Of a DNA stretch of 20,000 nucleotides, positions 9,664-16,309 are shown one piece after another. This stretch comes from an uncultured virus (IMG/VR IMGVR_UViG_3300037466_000868). Lineage: Duplodnaviria > Heunggongvirae > Uroviricota > Caudoviricetes. Below the pieces are notes generated by a model. That model ran no database searches and was not told where the DNA came from. It worked only from the letters and a program-made list of their open reading frames with translations. The position numbers were made by a program, and so were the translations under genes. Numbering within the stretch: the stretch's first letter is position 1; each line of letters opens with the position of its first letter. Location: the IMG/VR virus record IMGVR_UViG_3300037466_000868; one strand, given 5' to 3'.

Positions 9664-9891
9664 ATGCCAGAACCGCCCAAAATCCGCCTAATCCCCCGCT
9701 GGCGCACCGAATTAACCAGATTGTGGTCCATGCGGGTGGCCTATTTCTGGATGGCGATGGGGGCTGTGGCTGCCCTATGGATGGGGCTGGCCGGTAGCAT
9801 ACCAACGCCAATCTTTTTCGGCGTTGGCTTCTTGGTCATCTTTTCGTTCAGCGTTGCCCGTTTTCTTAAGCAACCGGGCACCGACGCATGA
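9664..9891 (+). CDS. putative holin/pinholin (2 TM); alternative in-frame start at 9622
   Basis: AGGAGA before ATG 9664; two hydrophobic segments; basic end (ARFLKQ); ATGA overlap with the endolysin. Confidence 0.7.
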   Translation: MPEPPKIRLIPRWRTELTRLWSMRVAYFWMAMGAVAALWMGLAGSIPTPIFFGVGFLVIFSFSVARFLKQPGTDA

Positions 9892-10364
9892 GGCCGAATG
9901 CCAAAAAAGGCGCTGGCCTTGCGGCTGGCGTGGCACTTGCCGCGGCGTTGTTCGTGATGCCGTGGGAAGGTCTGTACACGAAGCCTTACCGGGATATCGT
10001 CGGCGTGGTGACGGTCTGCTACGGCGAGACGGAGAACGTCCAGAATCGCCGCTATACGCCGCAGGAGTGTCGCGATCTGTTGGCGAAGAAACTGCCCCGT
10101 TACTACGCGGAGATATCGTCATGTTGGGGGCCTCAGATTGAGACCAAACTAACCGACAACATGCGCGTGGCGTTCGTGTCGGGCGCATACAACTTCGGCT
10201 CGGGCGCGTTCTGCAATTCCAGCATGGTCCGGGCGTTGAAGGCTGGCGACTTTCGCGGAGCTTGCCACGCGCTACGGCTTTACAATCGGGCAGGCGGCAA
10301 GGTGGTGCGTGGGCTGGATAACCGGCGCAAAGCCGAGGAGCGTCTGTGCCTCACCGGCCTCTAG
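9888..10364 (+). CDS. GH24 lysozyme endolysin with N-terminal SAR-like segment
   Basis: Catalytic E-X8-D-X5-T (EGLYTKPYRDIVGVVT), AYNFG, GLDNRRKAE; Ala/Gly-rich weakly hydrophobic N-terminus. Confidence 0.93.
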   Translation: MRPNAKKGAGLAAGVALAAALFVMPWEGLYTKPYRDIVGVVTVCYGETENVQNRRYTPQECRDLLAKKLPRYYAEISSCWGPQIETKLTDNMRVAFVSGAYNFGSGAFCNSSMVRALKAGDFRGACHALRLYNRAGGKVVRGLDNRRKAEERLCLTGL

Positions 10365-10411
10365 CACCGTAACAACCGGCGCATCGCGCCACCCCGCAAG
10401 TGGAGGCGCGC

Positions 10412-10489
10412 ATGGTGTTGGGGCCTATCGGGCTGGCTGCGGCCATCATCATAATCATCGTTATCATTGCATCGTGGGGGCCGCGTTAG
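10412..10489 (+). CDS. 25-aa single-TM peptide (MVLGPIGLAAAIIIIIVIIASWGPR)
   Basis: GGAGG at 10402-10406, ATG 10412; TAG 10487-10489 overlaps the GTG start of the next gene; below the ORF-track size cutoff. Confidence 0.6.
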   Translation: MVLGPIGLAAAIIIIIVIIASWGPR

Positions 10490-10875
10490 TGTGGTTGCTG
10501 TCGTACTTGGGCGCGAACTTTGCGCTTGTGTTGGTTGTCGTGCTTGCCGTTGTGGCGCTGGGCGCGGTGGCGTGGTTCGCGAAGAACTGGAAAGTGGCGG
10601 TTGCGGCGGCCTGTGTGCTGGCGGCGGGGCTGGCCTATCAGCAAGTCGACAAGACGGCATATCAGCGGCGCGTAAGCGAGGAAGCCGCGGCGCGCGTTGC
10701 CGTGCTGCAAGGCCGGCTGGATACGCTACAGGCCGTGAACACCGCCGATGCTGAACGGGCCTTAGCGGCCAATGCCAGAATTGCAGAGATGGAAGCGCTG
10801 GCCGCCGAGACGCCGGCCAATAACAACCAGTGCTTGCCGGAAGATGCGGCCAAGCGGGTGGGGGATATTCGATGA
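10489..10875 (+). CDS. Rz-like i-spanin
   Basis: N-terminal TM segments, periplasmic coiled coil, C-terminal Cys; follows the endolysin and precedes a lipoprotein. Confidence 0.72.
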   Translation: MWLLSYLGANFALVLVVVLAVVALGAVAWFAKNWKVAVAAACVLAAGLAYQQVDKTAYQRRVSEEAAARVAVLQGRLDTLQAVNTADAERALAANARIAEMEALAAETPANNNQCLPEDAAKRVGDIR

Positions 10876-11144
10876 AGTACACTGTAACTGCCGCTGCGCT
10901 AGTGGCGGGCCTGATGCTTGCCGGTTGCCAGCCTCCCGGCACCACCTCCGGCCAGTTGCCCACCGTCCCGGCCGATATTCAGGCGTGCTTCCGGCAAGGC
11001 CCGGTGAAGGTGCCGCCCAAGGCCCTGACCGTGGCCGAGGTTGAGTCCCTCTGGAAACAGGACCGGGTTCGCTCGGCCGTCATGCATGCTTGCGGGCAGC
11101 GCTTCTTAGCCTGGTACGGCGATCTGCAGAAGAGGTGGCGGTGA
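10872..11144 (+). CDS. Rz1-like o-spanin lipoprotein
   Basis: Signal peptide with lipobox LAGC, Pro-rich mature part with additional Cys; ATGA overlap with Rz. Confidence 0.78.
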   Translation: MKYTVTAAALVAGLMLAGCQPPGTTSGQLPTVPADIQACFRQGPVKVPPKALTVAEVESLWKQDRVRSAVMHACGQRFLAWYGDLQKRWR

Positions 11145-11335
11145 TGACGCCACAGACAGAGGAGGCGATGTCTCGCATTCGCGCCTGTAAGACTTACGAA
11201 GAAAGGCAGGCGATGGCGCGGCAAATCTACAAAGAGCGAAACCCACCCCTTACGGCATTCGATAAATTCATGAATTTCGCGGTGTTTTTCGGCCCCATCG
11301 TTATCGGTGTGGCCATCGCTTTGGTGATTTTGTGA
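11144..11335 (+). CDS. small membrane protein
   Basis: GTGATG coupling after GAGGT; C-terminal TM helix. Confidence 0.6.
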   Translation: MTPQTEEAMSRIRACKTYEERQAMARQIYKERNPPLTAFDKFMNFAVFFGPIVIGVAIALVIL

Positions 11336-11625
11336 TGGGTGTCTTTGAATGGGGCGCCGTAGCCGCCCTGGTGGCCGTGGGCGGCATTGTCTGGAGGCTG
11401 GCGTGGCGGCTATCCTCCAACACGGAACGCATCACGGCGGCGGAAACCTTGGCTACGGCGGCATCCGCGCGGACTGTAGAACTGACTCGCGCGCTTGCCG
11501 AGCACAAGGAACACGTCGCAGCAGAATATGTGAGCCGTGGGGCGTTGAAGGAGATTACCGACGCGATCAACCGGTTGGGTGATCGGCTCGATAATCTTTT
11601 CATCCACATGATGCCCAAGCCATGA
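11335..11625 (+). CDS. N-terminal TM plus coiled-coil protein (lysis-cassette associated)
   Basis: TM helix followed by EHVAAEYVSR...INRLGDRLD coiled coil, a pattern common in phage lysis regions. Confidence 0.65.
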   Translation: MGVFEWGAVAALVAVGGIVWRLAWRLSSNTERITAAETLATAASARTVELTRALAEHKEHVAAEYVSRGALKEITDAINRLGDRLDNLFIHMMPKP

Positions 11626-11765
11626 TCGAGACCGCGCTGGAAGTCGCCATGGCGCTGGGCGCACTGGCCCTGTTCGCCATGGCTTTAGGGCTGGCCTTGG
11701 ACAACCACGCGGCGCGGTTGGACCCTAGCACGCCATATTATGTCGCAGCGCAAAAGGCCCCGTAA
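11622..11765 (+). CDS. 47-aa hydrophobic peptide (MIETALEVAMALGALALF...)
   Basis: ATGA overlap with the upstream gene; ends TAA inside the terminator hairpin. Confidence 0.5.
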   Translation: MIETALEVAMALGALALFAMALGLALDNHAARLDPSTPYYVAAQKAP

Positions 11766-11782
11766 GTCGGGGCCAAATTTTT
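11752..11782. terminator. probable intrinsic terminator (possibly bidirectional) ending the late operon
   Basis: AAAA-GGCCCCG-taagt-CGGGGCC-aaaTTTTTT. Confidence 0.6.
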
Positions 11783-11840
11783 CTATAGCTGTTGCGTTTT
11801 GCCGCCTTAGCTATCTGCGTATTCCAACCAATGAGGCCAC

Positions 11841-13115
11841 ATGCCTACTCCTCCGGTATCAAACGAAGACCTTGCGGCCACGGTAGCCGCCTATGAGGCC
11901 AGCGGGCGCAATCAATCCGCCACGGCCAGGGTGCTAGGGTTGGCGCGGGAAACCGTGCAGTCGCGGCTTAGGCGGGCCTCTGAGCGGGGTCTGCTGCTGG
12001 GGCATCCGGCGGCGATGCCGGGGTTTGCCATAAAGAGCGTAGCGGCCAAGGTTGGCGATGCTTGGGTTAAGCAAACCAAGGAACCGGGCGAGGTCTACGC
12101 GCCGATTGAGGGACACGCCATCAAGGGCGAGTCCGCTCTGGTGGATGCCGAAGGGCGCGTTATCCAGAAGTGGATTAAAACCAAAGAGGACGCCGACGAC
12201 ACGATTGCGCTATCCGCCGCAATCCATGACGAGTTTTCGCAATACAAGGGGTACGCCAAACTAGTGCGCCCGCCGAAGGAAACCTACGCCGACCTCTGCA
12301 ACTACTACCCTGTCGTCGATCCGCACATTGGGATGCTTTCTAACGGCAAGGAGACCGGCGAATCCAACGACTTGAAGATTGGCGTTAGTCGCGTCGGCGG
12401 GACATTGCAGCGGCTTATCGGGGACTCACCTCCCGCAGACACTGGCGTAATCATCAACACCGGAGACTTCTTCCACGCAGACGATCAGCGCAACGTCACG
12501 CCAGCATCAAACCATCAACTTGACGTTGATGGACGCAGCCACAAAGTCAAGTGGGCCGGAATTAACATGCTGCGCACCACGATTGATCTGGCCCTACAGC
12601 GGCACAAGAGGGTTATCGTCAAAAACCTGAAGGGCAACCACGACCCGGAATCAGCCATGTGGCTGAATATTTCTCTTGGGTTGTTCTACTCAAATGAAGA
12701 GCGCGTCGAGATCGACACGGAAGACGCGAATAATGATCACTTCTTCCATCTGTTCGGCGTGAACTATACCGGGGCCACGCACGGTCACACGATGAAGCCT
12801 GACCGCATGTATGTGATGATGGCGGAAGATAACCCTGAATACTGGAATGCGTCGCTCTACCGTTGGTGCATCTTCGGCCACATTCATCACGAGACGAAGA
12901 AGCAGATCGGCTCGCTAATATGCGAGTCATTCAGCCAGCCTGTGCCGCGCGATTCATTCGCTCACAGCCACGGTTATAGGTCGGGCAGCGCCATGCAGTC
13001 GGTGACGCTGCATAAGCAGGACGGCGAAAGCGGGCGGGTTATCAAACGCTTCCCGCCGTCGCGTGGGTTGCCGGTTGCGGCGAATGATAATGAGCAAAAG
13101 CGGAGGGCGGCGTGA
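11841..13115 (+). CDS. N-terminal HTH plus calcineurin-like metallophosphoesterase
   Basis: HTH NQSATARVLGLARETVQSRL; motifs DPH, TGDFFHAD, GNHD, HGH, GHIHH; C-terminus AANDNEQKRRAA. Confidence 0.85.
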   Translation: MPTPPVSNEDLAATVAAYEASGRNQSATARVLGLARETVQSRLRRASERGLLLGHPAAMPGFAIKSVAAKVGDAWVKQTKEPGEVYAPIEGHAIKGESALVDAEGRVIQKWIKTKEDADDTIALSAAIHDEFSQYKGYAKLVRPPKETYADLCNYYPVVDPHIGMLSNGKETGESNDLKIGVSRVGGTLQRLIGDSPPADTGVIINTGDFFHADDQRNVTPASNHQLDVDGRSHKVKWAGINMLRTTIDLALQRHKRVIVKNLKGNHDPESAMWLNISLGLFYSNEERVEIDTEDANNDHFFHLFGVNYTGATHGHTMKPDRMYVMMAEDNPEYWNASLYRWCIFGHIHHETKKQIGSLICESFSQPVPRDSFAHSHGYRSGSAMQSVTLHKQDGESGRVIKRFPPSRGLPVAANDNEQKRRAA

Positions 13116-13378
13116 GTAAACCGGCAGAAGTTATTATCATCAAGGAAGGTGTATTGGAGTCGTGGCTTAACGATGCCGGCACGTTTGTTATGTTCGCGAC
13201 TCTTATCGGTATTGGCGTCCTTATCGGTAGCCCTGCCATGCAATGGGTTGGTGGAATCATTGGCTTCATTGCCATCGGCACGCGCCCAACGCTACACCGG
13301 AAGCGGATGACGATCGCGGAAGCTCGTGCAAAGCTGGACTCGTTTGACGCCGCACCCACGCAAGTAGGTGCGGCATGA
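13112..13378 (+). CDS. small 2-TM hypothetical protein
   Basis: GTGA overlap with GGAGG upstream; two hydrophobic segments; ends TQVGAA. Confidence 0.65.
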   Translation: MSKPAEVIIIKEGVLESWLNDAGTFVMFATLIGIGVLIGSPAMQWVGGIIGFIAIGTRPTLHRKRMTIAEARAKLDSFDAAPTQVGAA

Positions 13379-13584
13379 CACCCACCAAATTCGACGGCTT
13401 CAATGCCGTTTACCGCGGCACCGCAGAACTTCCCTGTGAAGACCTCCCTGCCAAGCGCACCGACAAGACGGTTGTTACGCGCTGGTTGCCGTCTGCGGAG
13501 GAGATACAGCGCATGGCGCGCGGTGGTGCTGTTGAGTTGACGATCTTCGGCGGGCAGCCGCCGGTTGCTATGAGGGTGGTGTGA
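13375..13584 (+). CDS. phage hypothetical protein
   Basis: ATGA coupling; pattern CEDLP...W.PS.EE...GG.V.L...QPPV is a recognisable phage small-protein family. Confidence 0.7.
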   Translation: MTPTKFDGFNAVYRGTAELPCEDLPAKRTDKTVVTRWLPSAEEIQRMARGGAVELTIFGGQPPVAMRVV

Positions 13585-13787
13585 TGCTGACAAAGCCGAT
13601 GACAAGCAACCCCGAGCTAGACGCGCTTATTGAACGCGCTGTCGCTGCGTACAATAAGATGACGCCGCAGCAAAAGCGCGAGATGCACGAGGCGCAGCGG
13701 CGTTCGTGGGTGATCGGCAACATGCTGTTGGATCATCCTGATATGTCGCGTGAGTATGCGGAGAACATTTACGATAGGGTGGTGTGA
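13584..13787 (+). CDS. phage hypothetical protein
   Basis: GTGATG coupling; MTPQQKREMHEAQRRSWVIGN. Confidence 0.65.
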   Translation: MLTKPMTSNPELDALIERAVAAYNKMTPQQKREMHEAQRRSWVIGNMLLDHPDMSREYAENIYDRVV

Positions 13788-13930
13788 TGGCGATAGGCAA
13801 CATAAAGCGAAAGTGGTTGCGCCGCACGGTTGTTGTTATTGTTTCGCCTGTGGCGTTCGTTGTGCACATCCTTGTCGGCCTGGCACAGGGATGCGTTGAT
13901 GCCGCAGAAGACGTGCGCAGCGCTTGGTGA
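13787..13930 (+). CDS. 47-aa membrane peptide (MAIGNIKRKWLRRTVVVIVSP...)
   Basis: Exactly fills the gap, with TGATG coupling at both ends; basic N-terminus plus TM helix. Confidence 0.6.
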   Translation: MAIGNIKRKWLRRTVVVIVSPVAFVVHILVGLAQGCVDAAEDVRSAW

Positions 13931-14295
13931 TGACCGCGCTCCAACTAACCCCCGCCGTCCTCGCAGCGGCTTACGACTATCTAGCAGCCTGCGAACCTTT
14001 CTGCCGTTGGAACCTACCCGACTCCGAAGACATCAAGTTTCGAGTCATCAAGTCGCGCAAGGTATTCGCGCAGTATGTGTGGGACGGCACCCACGCAATT
14101 GAGGTGTCGTCCGGCACGGTAGGGCAAACGGATACGTTGATGCAGACCATGGCACATGAGCTAACGCACCTGCACCTGCGGCTTACCGGGATGGAAAGCC
14201 GCAGCGATAATCCGAACGTGCATAACGGCGCGTTCCGGAAGTTGGCGGCGAAGGTCTGTGCGACACACGGCTGGGATTTGAAGGCGTTTTATTGA
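13930..14295 (+). CDS. SprT-like zinc metalloprotease
   Basis: TMAHELTHL (HExxH) followed by HNGAFRKL, the SprT-type downstream H-x-x-x-F motif. Confidence 0.75.
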   Translation: MTALQLTPAVLAAAYDYLAACEPFCRWNLPDSEDIKFRVIKSRKVFAQYVWDGTHAIEVSSGTVGQTDTLMQTMAHELTHLHLRLTGMESRSDNPNVHNGAFRKLAAKVCATHGWDLKAFY

Positions 14296-14302
14296 GGGGA
14301 AA

Positions 14303-14500
14303 ATGACATTCAAAGAAATCCCATTTGAAGACGATGCCGATGAAGTCCAAACATGGAAGGGGCTTGCGTTATCGGCTATAAGCGATCTGAGGCGATATGC
14401 GCACGATGATCTTCCGCACCGCCGAATGGTCTCTGTCGAGGCTTATGAAGCCGACGCCATACGACTTCACTCCGCTACGCAAGTTGCGGAGGCGGCGTGA
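14303..14500 (+). CDS. hypothetical protein
   Basis: GAGGGG SD; ends TQVAEAA. Confidence 0.6.
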   Translation: MTFKEIPFEDDADEVQTWKGLALSAISDLRRYAHDDLPHRRMVSVEAYEADAIRLHSATQVAEAA

Positions 14501-14646
14501 TGAGAGCGGCGTTCCTGGCGAACCTTGCTCTTACATTCCAGCGGGCTGTGTCAGTTGGGCCGCCGCACAGGATAGATGGCAGAATGCGGGAACGAGCGTG
14601 GCTTTGGTTTTCTGAGGCTCAACAGATGGGGCTAGTATTGCAATGA
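14500..14646 (+). CDS. 48-aa hypothetical protein (MRAAFLANL...)
   Basis: GGAGG SD; TGATG coupling upstream and ATGA coupling downstream. Confidence 0.55.
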   Translation: MRAAFLANLALTFQRAVSVGPPHRIDGRMRERAWLWFSEAQQMGLVLQ

Positions 14647-14930
14647 CCTACCACAACCCCGGCGACCCCGTCGTTTTCGTCGACGACACCAACCTTGGCA
14701 CGCTCGGCTACGGCGACGAGGTGTATCCCAAGCTCGGCAATACCTACACCGTGCGCGATGTTGTGCTTGACCACTTCGGCGTGGAAGGGCTCTTGCTGAT
14801 GGAGATCCGCAACGATCGTCTGCCGTATCGCGTTGGCGCCGAGATTGTGGACACGGAAAAGAGCTTCGCGTCGTGGCGATTCAGGCCGGTTGTGCGCGGT
14901 GAGAGCAAGAAAGATATGGAGGCGGTGTGA
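14643..14930 (+). CDS. hypothetical protein (small beta-barrel-like)
   Basis: ATGA coupling; PGDPVVFVDD...G.TYTVR...RFRPV pattern common in alphaproteobacterial phages. Confidence 0.7.
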   Translation: MTYHNPGDPVVFVDDTNLGTLGYGDEVYPKLGNTYTVRDVVLDHFGVEGLLLMEIRNDRLPYRVGAEIVDTEKSFASWRFRPVVRGESKKDMEAV

Positions 14931-15409
14931 GTATTAGAATCATGGATACAACGGCGCGTGAGACGTGTGACGCGGTTTCTGCTTATCGCGAAGCCCCCGC
15001 GAAGTCGCACAGCGACACCGCGCCTTGCGAAATCCTTCCAACCTCCGAATGGTCGCCAACTATTGGCCAGCCGGAGGCGGCCAATAGTAACGTCGTGGGG
15101 CTGGCGGGCCAGTACGTTCTATTGCGCACCATCCTCGACGCCGCCTTCAACCACGCCGCAACCGGCAAGGGCAAGGAGCGTCACGCGCGGGACTTGCCTT
15201 TCGATAAGCAGCCGATGCTTGAAACCACCCGCCTTGTCGGACCAGGATTCCCGCTCGGACAGGCCATCAAGAAGGCCGGCGAGGCGGCTGGCATGATCGA
15301 TCGGTCGGAATACGACGCCGCAGAGGCTGAGTGCCTTGGGGCGATCAACTATCTGGCTGGTGCGGTGGCTTGGATGAGGGAGCGAAAATCTGCTAAGGTG
15401 GCTGCATGA
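14927..15409 (+). CDS. conserved phage hypothetical protein (GKGKERH family; possibly all-alpha NTP-pyrophosphatase-like)
   Basis: GGAGG plus GTGA coupling; GKGKERHA...PF..QP...GQAIKK..EA...E.LGAINY; function is inferred only. Confidence 0.6.
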   Translation: MSIRIMDTTARETCDAVSAYREAPAKSHSDTAPCEILPTSEWSPTIGQPEAANSNVVGLAGQYVLLRTILDAAFNHAATGKGKERHARDLPFDKQPMLETTRLVGPGFPLGQAIKKAGEAAGMIDRSEYDAAEAECLGAINYLAGAVAWMRERKSAKVAA

Positions 15410-15636
15410 CAGATTGGCAGACTATAGACTCAGCGCCCAAGGATGGCACCGCCATACGAGCGTGCCGCGTGGTAGATGGCAAGCCGATGTTTGATGGTAA
15501 GGCCGCTTGGCGCACCGTTACGCTACCAGAGACGTTTGTCGCCGGAATGTTGGTTCATGAAGAGACGGTCACTGGATGGATGCGTATAGATGAGGATAAG
15601 CGCGCCCCTGAACCGACGCATTGGATGCCAGAATGA
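15406..15636 (+). CDS. DUF551-like phage protein
   Basis: WQTIDSAPKDG ... PTHWMP signature. Confidence 0.75.
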   Translation: MTDWQTIDSAPKDGTAIRACRVVDGKPMFDGKAAWRTVTLPETFVAGMLVHEETVTGWMRIDEDKRAPEPTHWMPE

Positions 15637-15806
15637 ACATCAAGGGCGATACTGTCGAGATGACGGAGAACGAACTTCAGGAACTCATGCGCCAGCGTGA
15701 TAATTATTCTGGAAACATTTCTCTCAATCTAGAGTCTGTTGGCGAGACCTACCAAGGGCGTAGGGTCGTCATTTCGCCGGCCTCTACGCAAGTTGAGGCG
15801 GGCTAG
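15633..15806 (+). CDS. hypothetical protein (MNIKGDTVE...)
   Basis: ATGA coupling; ends TQVEAG. Confidence 0.55.
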   Translation: MNIKGDTVEMTENELQELMRQRDNYSGNISLNLESVGETYQGRRVVISPASTQVEAG

Positions 15807-15954
15807 GCTGCCGCCACTCATCACCACACCAGCGCTCCATAAATGACACGTTGGCGCGTCATACGGGCCAGATATGAAGCGTATACGCGACAGCGTATGA
15901 TTCATGGATATACGCTTTTGCGTATTGAAATTCACAACGAGTGAATGTTTTTCA

Positions 15955-15990
15955 GGCCCGCCCCTTCGAAAGTTGGGGTGGGTTTTCTTT
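15955..15990 (+). terminator. intrinsic terminator of the accessory operon
   Basis: CCCGCCCC-TT-C-GAAA-G-TT-GGGGTGGG followed by TTTTCTTT, at the convergence with minus-strand genes. Confidence 0.7.
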
Positions 15991-16306
15991 ACCGCGCACC
16001 CACTCCCATCGGAACCTTCGGCCAGACCGCCCTTACGTCGACCCAGCCAACCGCGCCGCATTTCGTGCAGCGAAGGTGCGCAGATATATCGGCCCACGTC
16101 CAATCCGGCAGATTCGCGATTCGTAGTTCTGCGCTGTGGCCGCACCGCTGACCCGATCCGCCAACGCAATAAACCAGAATCGACTTCACGTCCCCGCGGC
16201 GATCGGGCTTACCCGGCCAATATCGCAGGAAGTCGGCGGGCTTTTTGCGCCATGGTTTGCGTTGCTGGAGGCGGTGCATGGCGAGAACGTAATGCGAACG
16301 CGCCAA
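15989..16306 (-). CDS. small zinc-ribbon protein
   Basis: YC...RCGH and LRCTKCG Cys pairs; immediately downstream of the integrase; start codon uncertain. Confidence 0.6.
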   Translation of the reverse strand: MARSHYVLAMHRLQQRKPWRKKPADFLRYWPGKPDRRGDVKSILVYCVGGSGQRCGHSAELRIANLPDWTWADISAHLRCTKCGAVGWVDVRAVWPKVPMGVGAR

Positions 16307-16309
16307 GTG

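Noticed and set aside
10810..10830. PANNN in the Rz-like protein as an AANDN degron
   Set aside because: Poor match, and located in a predicted periplasmic domain inaccessible to SspB/ClpXP
11784..11825. Sigma70 promoter for the accessory operon
   Set aside because: TTGCGT and TTGCCG hexamers are present, but the spacing to a credible -10 is off; the ATAGCT/AGCTAT inverted repeat is too short to call
13349..15803. CRISPR or mini-array interpretation of the repeated hairpins
   Set aside because: Copies are more than 1 kb apart, stems differ in sequence, and there is no spacer periodicity
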